Positions 21,137 to 30,800 are shown, numbered from the stretch's first letter. The stretch: 64,000 nt of DNA from Candidatus Bathyarchaeota archaeon (GCA_963702095.1 OY969706.1:2592001-2656000), one strand, 5' to 3'. Notes: a model not told the origin generated them from the sequence alone. A program made the numbers and translations.

Positions 21137-21742
21137 TCACCTAACCACGGCTTTGGCGAAGTTTTTTAGGATTTTTAGGCCGATGTCGCCTGATTTTTCG
21201 GGGTGGAATTGTGTGCCGTAGATGTTTTTGTCTGCGATTGCACTGGTGAAGGTTGTGCCGTAGGTGGTTTTGGCGATGACGATTTGTGGGTCTTCGGGGT
21301 CTGGGTAGAGTGAGTGCACGAAGTAAACGTAGGTGCCCTCCTCGATGCCGTCTAGGAGCGGATTGGGCTTGGCGATGTTTAGGGTGTTCCAGCCCATATG
21401 GGGCACCTTGACGGTTTTGGGCAGTTGCTTGACTGTGCCTTTGAAGAACGCTAAGCCTTCGCCGGGTCCCTCCTCACTGGATTCAAAGAACAGCTGCAAG
21501 CCCAAGCAGATGCCTAGAAGCGGGGTGCCCTCTGAAACTTTGGTTTGAAGGGTTTCTTTGACTGTGCTTAGTCGCTCCAGCGAGGCGGTGAAGCTGCCCA
21601 CGCCGGGCAGGGCGATGGTGTCTGGGTCTTTCAAATCGGCTGAGGAGGTGCCTATGGTGACGTTTAAGCCGACTTTTTCCAGCGCAGTTTTTAGGCTAAG
21701 GAGGTTTCCGACGCCGTAGTCGAATATGACTGCGTTTGCCAT
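21137..21742 (-). CDS. hisH: IGP synthase glutamine amidotransferase subunit
   Basis: DYGVGNL, LPGVG, GICLG, PHMGWN, YFVHS, QFHPEKS. Confidence 0.96.
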   Translation of the reverse strand: MANAVIFDYGVGNLLSLKTALEKVGLNVTIGTSSADLKDPDTIALPGVGSFTASLERLSTVKETLQTKVSEGTPLLGICLGLQLFFESSEEGPGEGLAFFKGTVKQLPKTVKVPHMGWNTLNIAKPNPLLDGIEEGTYVYFVHSLYPDPEDPQIVIAKTTYGTTFTSAIADKNIYGTQFHPEKSGDIGLKILKNFAKAVVR

Positions 21743-21743
21743 C

Positions 21744-22319
21744 TCAGATAACGCCCTTTGAACTGGGTACGCCTCTGCGTCTGGGATCCACTGTGGCTGC
21801 CTGCCGCAGTGAGAGTGCGAGGGCTTTGGTGGCGGCTTCGGCTTTGTGGTGGTCGTTGCTGCCGTACTTCACAAAGATGTGCACGTTAGCTTGCAAGGTC
21901 TGGGTTAGGCTTTCATAGAAGTGTACGATGTCTTCGGTGGGCATGTCTTCTACTTTTTTACCTCTGAGTTTAAGGTCGATTTTGAAGTAGGGACGCTTCA
22001 CCAAATCCACCGCGGCAAAAGCCAGTGAGCAGTCCATGGGGGCGGCTGCGTTGCCGAAGCGGGTGATGCCTTCGCGTGTGCCCAAGGCTTTGTTTAGGGC
22101 TTCGCCTAAGCCGAGTGCGAGGTCTTCGACCATGTGGTGTACTAGGTCGCCTTTGACTTGGGCTTCTATGTCGATTAGGCTGTGTGTCGCCAGCGAGGTG
22201 AGCATGTGGCTTAGGAAGGGCACGGGAGTGTCTATTGCGGCTTTGCCTTCGCCGTCTAAGTTAACTTTGACTTTGACTTCGGTTTCTTTGGTTTTACGGG
22301 TAACCTCTTCACATCTCAT
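21744..22319 (-). CDS. hisB: Imidazoleglycerol-phosphate dehydratase
   Basis: RKTKET, HHMVED, NDHHKAEA, PSSKG. Confidence 0.96.
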   Translation of the reverse strand: MRCEEVTRKTKETEVKVKVNLDGEGKAAIDTPVPFLSHMLTSLATHSLIDIEAQVKGDLVHHMVEDLALGLGEALNKALGTREGITRFGNAAAPMDCSLAFAAVDLVKRPYFKIDLKLRGKKVEDMPTEDIVHFYESLTQTLQANVHIFVKYGSNDHHKAEAATKALALSLRQAATVDPRRRGVPSSKGVI

Positions 22320-22325
22320 AGCTAT

Positions 22326-23441
22326 TCACTTCGAAATTTCCTTTAATGCCTCGATTAGTTTGGCGTTCATCTCGGGCAAGCCAACGGTGACGCGGAAGCA
22401 GTTGTCGTACTGGAGTAGTTTGCCCCATTTCTTGAGTATGATGCCTTTGCTGAGGAGTTTATGGTAGACTTCGTCGGCTGGGGCTTGGGTGTTTATGAGT
22501 ACGAAATCCGCTTGCGAGGGAAACGCTTGTACGCCTTCTATTTGGTTGAGTTGGTTTATGAGTTTTCCCCGCTCAGCAATCAGCGCAGCTACGGCCGTCC
22601 GTTCGATGTCTATGTTGTCGAGCATTTTTATGCCCATGCGAATAGTAAAGCCACTCACGGGATAGGGCAAGGGAGCTTTCTCGCGGAGAATCGACGCTAA
22701 CTCGGGATTAGCAACAGCATACCCCAGCCGCAGCATAGCCAACCCGAACGCTTTCGAGAAGGTGCGCAGGATAATCATGTTGGGGAACTCTCGGATGCGC
22801 GGCACAAAGCTATAGTCAGCGAATTCGCCGTAGGCTTCGTCGAGGATGACTACGCCTGGGAAGGCTTTGACGAGTTTCTCGATGTCTTCGGGGTTCATCT
22901 GGTTGCTGGTGGGGTTGTTTGGGCTGCAGAGGTAGAGGAGGCGGGTTTTGTCGGAGAACATGGCAAACATGCCTTCGACATCAAGCTGGAAATCATCCTT
23001 CAGGGGCACGGTGACGTATTCGCCCTCTTGGCGCTTAACACAGAGCCTTGGAATCACAAAAGATGGTGTAAACGAGATTGCGGCGTCGCCTTTTTCGATG
23101 AAGAGGCGAATCATTCGGTCGAGCAATTCGTCGCCAGCGTTGCCGACTACGAGGTAATCGGCTGGGATGCCCAGGTAGCCGACGAGTTTCTCTCTGAGCT
23201 TGACTTCCTCGTCTTCGGGGTACATGCGCAAATCGATTTCTTGAGCCAACTCCTTCATCAGCGTCGTCTGTTTGGCTCTGTCGACGAAGAGGTTTTCATT
23301 GAAGTTTAGTTTGACGATTTTTGATTGGTCAACGCCGATTTGCCGGGCTAACCCCTCGGGTGTAGTGCCTGCGCTGTAGCAGTCAATAGCCTGCAGCTTC
23401 GCGAGTTTCTGCTTTAGCCATACCCTGTAGGATGCGCTCAT
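22326..23441 (-). CDS. hisC: Histidinol-phosphate aminotransferase
   Basis: KLNFNEN, CSPNNPT, DEAY, RTFSKAFGLA..RLGY. Confidence 0.94.
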   Translation of the reverse strand: MSASYRVWLKQKLAKLQAIDCYSAGTTPEGLARQIGVDQSKIVKLNFNENLFVDRAKQTTLMKELAQEIDLRMYPEDEEVKLREKLVGYLGIPADYLVVGNAGDELLDRMIRLFIEKGDAAISFTPSFVIPRLCVKRQEGEYVTVPLKDDFQLDVEGMFAMFSDKTRLLYLCSPNNPTSNQMNPEDIEKLVKAFPGVVILDEAYGEFADYSFVPRIREFPNMIILRTFSKAFGLAMLRLGYAVANPELASILREKAPLPYPVSGFTIRMGIKMLDNIDIERTAVAALIAERGKLINQLNQIEGVQAFPSQADFVLINTQAPADEVYHKLLSKGIILKKWGKLLQYDNCFRVTVGLPEMNAKLIEALKEISK

Positions 23442-24739
23442 GGCTCAAACCTCGCAGCTATGGCTTTGTAGTGATTGGGAAGACCCTCGGTATCAGCCAA
23501 AACCTTGACCTGCGCCTTCACCTTTTCCAAACCCTCCCGTGAGCATTCTGCGATGCTGACACGACGCATGAAATCGATGGCGGATAAGCCTGAGAACGCC
23601 TGTGCGAACCCGCCTGTGGGCAACACGTGGTTGGTGCCGCTTGCGTAGTCGCTTAGGGGCACGGGGCTGTAGGGTCCAATTAGGATTAAGCCTGCAACCA
23701 ATTTTTCGGCGAGGGTCTTGGCGTCTTTAGTTATGACTTCGAGATGTTCTGCAGCGAATCGGTTGGTTAATTTGATTGCTTCGTCGATGTCTTTGCAGAC
23801 GATGATGAAGCCGTATTTTGTGAGTGACTCAGAAATTTTTTCGGCTCTTGGAGCGGCAGACGCAATTTTGGCAAGGTTTTCTTGGACTTGCCCCGCAAGC
23901 TTCACTGATGTGGTTATCAGTGCGGCTACGCTGTCGGTGCCATGCTCCGCCTGCGAAACCATGTCGTAAGCGATCAGTCGCGCGTCGGCATACTCATCTG
24001 CCAACACCAAGACCTCGCTGGGACCGGCGGGCATGTCGATGGCAACATCCTGCGAAACCAGCACCTTAGCCATGGTCACATATTTGCTGCCTGGACCAAC
24101 GATTTTGCGTACAGGAGCAATGGTTTCTGTTCCGTAGGCTAAAGCGGATATGGCTTGGACACCGCCGACCTTGTAAACCTCATCTACACCGCAGAGGTCG
24201 CAGGCTACAAGCACTAACGGGTTAACTTTGCCCTCTGCATCTGAAGGCGAACAAACCACCACACGGGGCACACCCGCTATTTTGGCAACCAACGCCGTCA
24301 TGACTACGGTGCTGGGGTAAGCGGCTTGACCTCCTGGCACGTAGCAGCCGACGCTTTCGATGGGACGCAGCACGGTTTGAACCATTATGCCTTCGTTGAA
24401 GGCTTTAACTTCGGTTTGGCTGAGCAGTTGTTTTTGGAAGACACTTACCCGTCTCTTCATGAAATCGATGGCGGCAGCCTGCTCCTTGGACACTTTGCCG
24501 TAGGCTTCCTTGATTTCCTGTGGGCTGGCTTTAAGCGTCTCAGATGTGAGTTCGGCTTTGTCGAACCTCAATGCAAAGCCAAGGAGGGCTTTGTCTCCTT
24601 CGGCTCGGACTTGGCTGATGATTTCTTTTACGTTGGCTTCGAGTTCGGCGGTGGCTTTTTGGTCAGCCTGCTGCCTCTTAAACCAGTCGGGCGGTAACTG
24701 TTTTGAATCCCAAACCTTTATGTTGAATCCGTTTTGCAT
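23438..24739 (-). CDS. hisD: Histidinol dehydrogenase
   Basis: GCYVPGG, KIVGPG, DMPAGPSE, SQAEH, EHLE, GTNHVLPT. Confidence 0.96.
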   Translation of the reverse strand: MQNGFNIKVWDSKQLPPDWFKRQQADQKATAELEANVKEIISQVRAEGDKALLGFALRFDKAELTSETLKASPQEIKEAYGKVSKEQAAAIDFMKRRVSVFQKQLLSQTEVKAFNEGIMVQTVLRPIESVGCYVPGGQAAYPSTVVMTALVAKIAGVPRVVVCSPSDAEGKVNPLVLVACDLCGVDEVYKVGGVQAISALAYGTETIAPVRKIVGPGSKYVTMAKVLVSQDVAIDMPAGPSEVLVLADEYADARLIAYDMVSQAEHGTDSVAALITTSVKLAGQVQENLAKIASAAPRAEKISESLTKYGFIIVCKDIDEAIKLTNRFAAEHLEVITKDAKTLAEKLVAGLILIGPYSPVPLSDYASGTNHVLPTGGFAQAFSGLSAIDFMRRVSIAECSREGLEKVKAQVKVLADTEGLPNHYKAIAARFEP

Positions 24740-25719
24740 TGACCTTCGTTTCTCCGGGCTATTTCATCGAGTGCCAGCACCTGCCGCGGCTCAAGCACGA
24801 CCAAACCCTGGGCGATCTTTCGGATTTTCGGAAGCAACCCAATGAAGCAGTCCTTCTCGATGACCGTGTTCACGCCTACCCAAGCGTCGTCTGCCAACGG
24901 CGAAATCGTCGGGTTCTTAAGCGCCGGCAACTCCCTTAGCAGCGTCTGCAGGTTCTCTTTTTTTACGTTTACAAATATGTGTATGCGTTTGGAGCCATCG
25001 ACCACACCCTTGAGCAGCGCAACGATGTCATAGATTTTTTCGCGTTTCTCAGGGTCCTCCATCGTTTTCTTGTTGGCTATGAGGATGGCTGCGGAGCGCA
25101 TGACGGTGTCGATTATGCGGAGGTTGTTGGCTTCGATGGTGGTGCCTGTTTCAGTTACATCCATGATGCAGTCGCTGTTCTCCGGGGGCTTGGCTTCTGT
25201 TGCGCCGAAGGAGAGGAAAATCTTTGCTTGGGGGTTACTGCCTTTTTTCCACCATGGCGTCACCAACATGGGGTCGGCGTCGCCGAAGCGGGCTTTGTAT
25301 TCGGAGGTGCTTTTGAGGTATTCCGAGGCGATGGTGAGGTATTCGGTGCTGACTCGGAAGTTTTTGCCTGACGCCCAAATGGATTCCATGAATTGCCCCA
25401 GTGTGGTTCCTTCGGGCACAGTGTTGGGCACGGCGATGACTAAGCGGATTTTGCCGTATTCAAGGTTCTGAAGGACCTCTACGTCTGCTTTGTTTTCGCG
25501 GACCCAGTCTTCGCCTGTGATGCCTATGTCCTGTAAACCTTCGGATACGAACACGGGGATTTCTTGGGGACGCAGGACTTTCATTTCGATTTGGGGGTCG
25601 TTGATGCTGGGGCGGTATGTTCGGTCTGAGGCGCCGATTTTGAAGCCTGATTTAGCGAAGAATTCGGCGGTTGCTTTTTCTAGGGAGCCTTTGGGTATTG
25701 CAAATTTTATTTTATCCAT
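24718..25719 (-). CDS. hisG: ATP phosphoribosyltransferase (long form)
   Basis: AIPKGSL, RPQEIP, DIGITGED, GATE, ETGTT; GGTGA SD 5 nt before ATG 25719. Confidence 0.95.
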   Translation of the reverse strand: MDKIKFAIPKGSLEKATAEFFAKSGFKIGASDRTYRPSINDPQIEMKVLRPQEIPVFVSEGLQDIGITGEDWVRENKADVEVLQNLEYGKIRLVIAVPNTVPEGTTLGQFMESIWASGKNFRVSTEYLTIASEYLKSTSEYKARFGDADPMLVTPWWKKGSNPQAKIFLSFGATEAKPPENSDCIMDVTETGTTIEANNLRIIDTVMRSAAILIANKKTMEDPEKREKIYDIVALLKGVVDGSKRIHIFVNVKKENLQTLLRELPALKNPTISPLADDAWVGVNTVIEKDCFIGLLPKIRKIAQGLVVLEPRQVLALDEIARRNEGQCKTDST

Positions 25720-25946
25720 AAATTTCACCTAAACATTTAGAGAGTTGTCTAATCTGGTTTTGTTTTACAGAAACGTTTGCTTGGGGGGACACGCCTAATT
25801 TACAATAAAGATTCGTTAAGCTTTCAATGAAGGCAATCGCCTTGTATGAACGCAATCCCTCATCATACGTCACTAGAGACACCTCAACGCCTGTCATCCT
25901 AATAAACATAGTCACTAATATTTAACTGCCCAAGAACCACAAACCG

Positions 25947-26552
25947 CTAAGCAACGGATGATTTGGGCTTTTTTATTTCAAAAACCAACGGAGGCTGAGC
26001 ATTCTTGATTTCCAACTCAACATCAAGCAAACCTTCGAGTAGACCTCGCCAGATTTCAATCTCATTGATTACTGGCGTTTTGAGAAGCAGGTATCGGTCT
26101 TTTAAATATAAGTCGCCTAAGCCTTGCACTTTAAGGCGTTTGAAGATAGCATCCCAGTTTTCCTTGTTTGAGGAGTCTATGCCTATCGTAGATTGGATGG
26201 ATACTTTAAGCGCATCGCCCATACGTGCCCCGATTTCATAGAACCTTTCCTTAGATACATATTGGGTGAAGATATTTATGAGCTCAACGTTGATGATTGC
26301 TATTCGGCTTATGCCGCAGTAGTATTCGCCTGGGAAATGCCAGTCTTCGATGTTTAGGCTTCTGTAGATGTCAAGCATCTTGCTGATGAGCGGTTTTATG
26401 CCGGCTTCTTTGCCGTCTCTTATGAGGGACTCCACGAAGTCGCGGTCGCTGCGTTCCAAAATAATGGTGGTGCGTTTGGCTTCGTCGCCTCTTCCGAGGG
26501 CGTCTGGGAGTTTGGGTTTGTCCGGCTGCATAGGGCATATTCTTTTAGCCAT
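25947..26552 (-). CDS. Putative regulator: ribbon-helix-helix-like N-terminus plus V4R-like ligand-binding domain
   Basis: KRTTIILERSDRDFVESL beta-alpha-alpha pattern; RIAIIN...YEIGARMG...GLG resembles V4R/HNOX-like folds (inference). Confidence 0.55.
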   Translation of the reverse strand: MAKRICPMQPDKPKLPDALGRGDEAKRTTIILERSDRDFVESLIRDGKEAGIKPLISKMLDIYRSLNIEDWHFPGEYYCGISRIAIINVELINIFTQYVSKERFYEIGARMGDALKVSIQSTIGIDSSNKENWDAIFKRLKVQGLGDLYLKDRYLLLKTPVINEIEIWRGLLEGLLDVELEIKNAQPPLVFEIKKPKSSVA

Positions 26553-26721
26553 AACCTATATGCCTTATGTATTCTGGAAGCATATTAGAAATAAGCAATT
26601 TTTCAGCCCAAACAGAAGAATAGTTAATAAAACAGGTGTCGCCCTACTCTGCTGCCGATGAAGAAATTAAAAAGCTGATTGAATGATGCACTCTAGGGTA
26701 TCTGAGGCAAAATTTCGGGGT

Positions 26722-26958
26722 TTAAGTGATGACTTTTTTGCGGATCAAATAGATAAGCATCACTAAACCAACGACGAACAGGACTGCTCCTGTGCCTATG
26801 CCGACAAAATAATTGATTTGCAAGATATCCACCATGACGTAGGGTAGGTAGGTTGGACCGGCAAAGAGAAGCAACACCGCAACCACCGTCAACGTTATCT
26901 TTGTAAACTTGGATTCTATACCGCTGACTTGCTCAATTTCATCGTTAATTTCTGTCAT
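26722..26958 (-). CDS. Small two-TM membrane protein
   Basis: 78 aa, two hydrophobic helices, directly downstream of the PAC2 gene. Confidence 0.7.
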   Translation of the reverse strand: MTEINDEIEQVSGIESKFTKITLTVVAVLLLFAGPTYLPYVMVDILQINYFVGIGTGAVLFVVGLVMLIYLIRKKVIT

Positions 26959-26970
26959 TTAGCGCCCAAC

Positions 26971-27642
26971 TTATGTCTCTTCAGATTGATTGTTCTCCGT
27001 TAAACCTTCTTTTATCTCTTTTCCTAAAGACTTCATTAAAAACTTGAACACCAAAAATCCAGCGCCCTTATCCGCCTTGAAACCCATAGTGGTGCCTAGG
27101 AGGCTGACGCCTTCGATTTTACGTTCCTTAGCCAACGCCAAAGTCAATCCAGTGCCGCCCACTATTCTGCCCTTGCTGTAGATGACCCCGCCTTTCTCCA
27201 TGAACTCCGCAGCCAACCGAGGCGAAGTAGCTGCGATGTAAACTTGGGTTTTATCCTCAGTTATCGGTACTCCACCCATGGTGACTAGGAAGTGGCAGCC
27301 GATTTCCTCGACAAAATCAAGTACAGAATCACAGACAACGTAATGTGCAACTACATCATCGAAGGAAGGCTGGATTTCGCCGGTCATTATGATGAGGTTG
27401 TTTTTTTCCATGGGGGCATAGAAGAATTCGTAGCGGGGTAGATGCGCGATGCCCTTGCTGGTTATCGACACGTAGTCGGGGAAGCTGGGGGAGTAGAGTT
27501 CGGCGAAGGGTTTAGCGTCGCAGAACTTGATTAGCAGGTGAGCCGCTATCCGCCCCACGTTGCCAAAACCGGGTAACCCCTGTACAAAGATAGGGTTGTC
27601 TAGGGGCGGATTTGAGAGTTTACGTAAATACGGCTTATCCAA
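26971..27642 (-). CDS. PAC2 family (proteasome assembly chaperone-like) protein
   Basis: GLPGFGNVGRIAA, LYSPSFP, TGEIQP, TMGG, IVGGTG; start placed at TTG 27642. Confidence 0.88.
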   Translation of the reverse strand: MDKPYLRKLSNPPLDNPIFVQGLPGFGNVGRIAAHLLIKFCDAKPFAELYSPSFPDYVSITSKGIAHLPRYEFFYAPMEKNNLIIMTGEIQPSFDDVVAHYVVCDSVLDFVEEIGCHFLVTMGGVPITEDKTQVYIAATSPRLAAEFMEKGGVIYSKGRIVGGTGLTLALAKERKIEGVSLLGTTMGFKADKGAGFLVFKFLMKSLGKEIKEGLTENNQSEET

Positions 27643-27772
27643 AGTGAACCATCTAAGCCTTATGGAGATAAACTCGACACTAAAAACCTTTGCCGAACAA
27701 TGGAAAAAGAAACCTTTAATATTTGACACCTCAAGTAATAGTCTGCACCGAACCCGTTTTGCGGAAACATGT

Positions 27773-27876
27773 AGCGGGGTGGGGTAGCCAGGATTAACCC
27801 GCTGGGCTCATAACAGCGCCAACGTGTGCTGTGAGATACCCAGAGATCAGTAGTTCAAATCTACTCCCCGCTACCA
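27773..27876 (+). tRNA. Initiator tRNA-Met (CAT) with a 25-nt canonical 37/38 intron (27813-27837); CCA encoded
   Basis: A1:U72 acceptor AGCGGGG/CCCCGCT, anticodon stem CTGGG/CCCAG with 3 G-C pairs, perfect bulge-helix-bulge (CTCA/TGAG helix, TAA and ATA bulges), GTTCAAATC T-loop. Confidence 0.96.
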
Positions 27877-27987
27877 ACAAAAGCACTTACTTTTGCTGTT
27901 TACAAATTGGCATTATTTGTCCAAATTGCCGAATGTGCCAAACACATCTAATGGTGCTTGTGAGCCAAAGTTATCCAATCGTTCGCG

Positions 27988-28120
27988 ACTGCTTGTTTTG
28001 GCTTCCACAACCAGTCTGCAACCTAGAGCCGACGCAGACGCCAAAAAGCAATCTGCCGCACAATCGGCTGGTTGTTGTTGTGTATAGGGCGTTTTCTGCA
28101 ACAACAACTATAGAAAAAAA
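27988..28120 (+). repeat. Dispersed element, family 2 (GTT-stem type), copy E
   Basis: 28007-28119 is the exact reverse complement of 30667-30779; similar to 59322-59470. Confidence 0.9.
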
Positions 28121-28125
28121 GTACA

Positions 28126-28169
28126 GCCCATAACCAGAGACCAGCAGTTCAATCTACTCTCCGACGCCA
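28126..28169 (+). repeat. Degenerate copy of the 3' half of tRNA-iMet
   Basis: gcccataaccagagaccagcagttcaatctactctccgacgcca vs spliced tRNA gctcataacccagagatcagtagttcaaatctactccccgctacca. Confidence 0.7.
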
Positions 28170-28221
28170 ACCAATTTTTGACCTCTGTTTTGCCCCTTTA
28201 TCAATAAACAAAAGGTTCTTT

Positions 28222-28376
28222 GGTTCTGTTTGAGGAATCAGCCACAACCACTCATCAATGCGTTTTTGTTGCAGAACGCAAAGCACAACCACCTACATAG
28301 CCCATAGGAAGATGATGAGTAAGGGCGCGACCCTCTTCTTAAACTAGAAAAAACAAAAAAGAGTCAATTTTGATCT
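28222..28376 (+). repeat. Dispersed element, family 1, copy B
   Basis: gccacaacca...gttgcagaacgcaaagcacaa...cccataggaagatgatgag.aagggc...cttcttaaactagaaaaaacaaaa...aattttgatct. Confidence 0.85.
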
Positions 28377-28536
28377 GAGGGTGTAAAGAGCGAGGGCTAT
28401 ATGGGAAATCGCAGCCGATCGTTTATGGATATTGTCTGCTAATTACGTCTCAGCCCTAATTTAACCGTAGATTGCGGTAAAAGTAAATAAACAAGTTGAC
28501 CTAGACAAACTACAAGACGCGCATGGGTGAATTATC

Positions 28537-30321
28537 TTGAAGCAGACGATGGCAGCACTCTTAGTTGTAGCTTTCACTCTACTGGTCATTCTACCCCTTG
28601 CGTTATCAGCCAGCGTGGTTTCTGCGCAAACCAGCTACAGCATCCAAAGAGTGGACCATCAAGTCCAAGTCATGTATTCAGGCCACATAGCCATCCTCGA
28701 CACCATCTACGTTTCGGGTCAAGTCAGCGATGGCTTCACAATTGGGTTACCCTACCAGTACAGCGCAGACGTCCTCAAAGTCCTAGCCTACGACAGCAGC
28801 CACGTCTACGACGTTAACTTGGGCGTGCAAATGGGCAACCAAAGTGGATTCTACGGAGCCACAGTAAACTTCAACGGCAACAGCCCCAGCGTATTCACCG
28901 TGGCATTTGTCTTATCCAACAGCTTACTCACTGAACAGGGCAATAGCCAATATACCCTCTCGTTCCCGGCGTATCCAAGCTTAACACAGTCGGTGGGAAC
29001 CTGCCATGCAAACATAACATTTCCCAGCCAACCGACAAGATTAACCATAACTAAACCCGACGGGCAAACCACAAGCGCAACCTACACAAAAACCGATTTA
29101 CCCGCCTACACCTATTCAGCCTCGACCGCTGACTTCAAAGTGCCATCGGGAACCATCCAGTTAACCAGCATAACAAACCTCAACCGCGAAGTAACCATCG
29201 ACGCCACAGGCGCAGTTACAGTAACTGACAGCTACCGCATCGTAGCCAACTCTTCTTCACCGCTAAACTCGTTTGTGCTAAGTTTACCGCAAAACGCAGC
29301 GAACCCAGTTGTCAGAGACCAATTTGAAAACGCCCTCTCTACACAGTACACCAAAACCTCCGACGCGCTTTTGGCAAATGCAACGCTTGTCTCCTTTGTC
29401 AATCAGGGACAAGCCACAGTTATCACGGTATACTATACGTTGCCAAGTGCTGAAATCCAAGCGCCCAACTATGTGCTAAACAACTTTAAGCTGTTCCCCA
29501 ACTTCCAATACTTGGTTACGCAGGCATCCACCGCCTTCAACCTTCCTGAGGGAGCAACCATCATTACCCCCCAAGCCTCAACGCTCACTTCATCCTCAAC
29601 CCTGCTTCGAGGCACATACCAAGACACCCTTAGCGTAACCGCCGACGATGTAAGCTACGTGGACTACCTTGCGCCGCAACAGAACCTTATTCGACTCTCC
29701 TACAACTATAACCCTGTCTGGGTTTCTTTTAGACCGACGTTTTGGGCGGCTTTAGCAGCCTTCATCGGATGCGTAGGCGCAGTTGTCTACCGCAAAGTTA
29801 GACCTAAAGAGGAAACCTACCAAACCCTAGCTGAAGCACACGCCCGAAAAGCAATGGCTCAGCAAGGAACAGTCTACGAAGTCAAACCAGGTCAGCAAGT
29901 GACAACAGAAACCATCAAGGAATTCGTCGACGCCTATGAGAACAGGGGACAACTCAAAGCAGAGTTGCACTCGATGGACGTCAAAGCACAGAAAGGCAAG
30001 ATTCCAAGACGCCAATACAAGGTGCAACGCAGATCTGTTGAAATCCGCATCGAAGGTTTAACCAGAAATATAGAGCGGTTAAAAGCGGTGCTTCGGAGTT
30101 CCAGCGGCGCTTACCCCGATTTGGTTCGGCAGTTGGATTTGGCTGAGGCAGACTTGGCGGAGTCAGAGCTAAACATCGGAAAACTCGAAGTTCTCCACGG
30201 TAAAGGGGAAATGTCACGTGAGAACTACAAGCAAAAAATCGTTGACTACCAAAAAGTCCACGAAAAGGCGGAATCAGCCATTAAAGGAATTTTGCTGAGA
30301 TTACGTGAAAAAATACGTTAA
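28537..30321 (+). CDS. Ribophorin I (OST1/RPN1)-like type I membrane protein
   Basis: Signal peptide, two repeated beta-rich domains (IQRVDHQVQVMYSGHIAILDTI; ITNLNREVTIDATGAVTVTDSY), VSYVDY before a single TM, C-terminal helical coiled-coil domain. Confidence 0.6.
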   Translation: MKQTMAALLVVAFTLLVILPLALSASVVSAQTSYSIQRVDHQVQVMYSGHIAILDTIYVSGQVSDGFTIGLPYQYSADVLKVLAYDSSHVYDVNLGVQMGNQSGFYGATVNFNGNSPSVFTVAFVLSNSLLTEQGNSQYTLSFPAYPSLTQSVGTCHANITFPSQPTRLTITKPDGQTTSATYTKTDLPAYTYSASTADFKVPSGTIQLTSITNLNREVTIDATGAVTVTDSYRIVANSSSPLNSFVLSLPQNAANPVVRDQFENALSTQYTKTSDALLANATLVSFVNQGQATVITVYYTLPSAEIQAPNYVLNNFKLFPNFQYLVTQASTAFNLPEGATIITPQASTLTSSSTLLRGTYQDTLSVTADDVSYVDYLAPQQNLIRLSYNYNPVWVSFRPTFWAALAAFIGCVGAVVYRKVRPKEETYQTLAEAHARKAMAQQGTVYEVKPGQQVTTETIKEFVDAYENRGQLKAELHSMDVKAQKGKIPRRQYKVQRRSVEIRIEGLTRNIERLKAVLRSSSGAYPDLVRQLDLAEADLAESELNIGKLEVLHGKGEMSRENYKQKIVDYQKVHEKAESAIKGILLRLREKIR

Positions 30322-30388
30322 GTAACCTAAACACTTTTATTTTACAGGGCAGCTTTTTGGGAAATATTACGGTGAGGTAAGACAAAAA

Positions 30389-30568
30389 ATGGTAAAAATT
30401 GTTGTCGATGCCAAATGCACTGGATGCGAAACTTGTGTCAACACTTGCCCAGTCGGCGTTTACGAAATCAAAAACGGCAAGTCAGTTCCAACCAAGGAAA
30501 GCGAATGCTTGGTTTGCAGAGCTTGTGAAGCACAATGTCCTGAAGGTGCAATTCAGGTAATCGAGTAA
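30389..30568 (+). CDS. 2x[4Fe-4S] ferredoxin (59 aa, not in the ORF track)
   Basis: MVKIVVDAKCTGCETCVNTCPVGVYEIKNGKSVPTKESECLVCRACEAQCPEGAIQVIE. Confidence 0.95.
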   Translation: MVKIVVDAKCTGCETCVNTCPVGVYEIKNGKSVPTKESECLVCRACEAQCPEGAIQVIE

Positions 30569-30666
30569 ACCAAAAAATAGTCTCTCACTTTTGAGAGAGC
30601 TTTCCTCTTTTATTAACAATCATTTTTCGATCAATCTAATGGTCTGTGGTTCATTATGTGGCTCGG

Positions 30667-30800
30667 TTTTTTCTATAGTTGTTGTTGCAGAAAACGCCCT
30701 ATACACAACAACAACCAGCCGATTGTGCGGCAGATTGCTTTTTGGCGTCTGCGTCGGCTCTAGGTTGCAGACTGGTTGTAGCGTACTCCGCAAGCAGAAC
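30667..30800 (-). repeat. Dispersed element, family 2, copy F
   Basis: 113-bp perfect inverted match to copy E. Confidence 0.9.

Noticed and set aside
27988-28376. CRISPR array
   Set aside because: The repeats are 130-175 nt, dispersed and diverged, with no regular repeat-spacer period and no cas genes.
28312-28378. C/D-box sRNA (ATGATGA ... CTGA) in copy B
   Set aside because: There are no D'/C' boxes, and other copies lack the D box; the C-like motif is part of the GAA stem.
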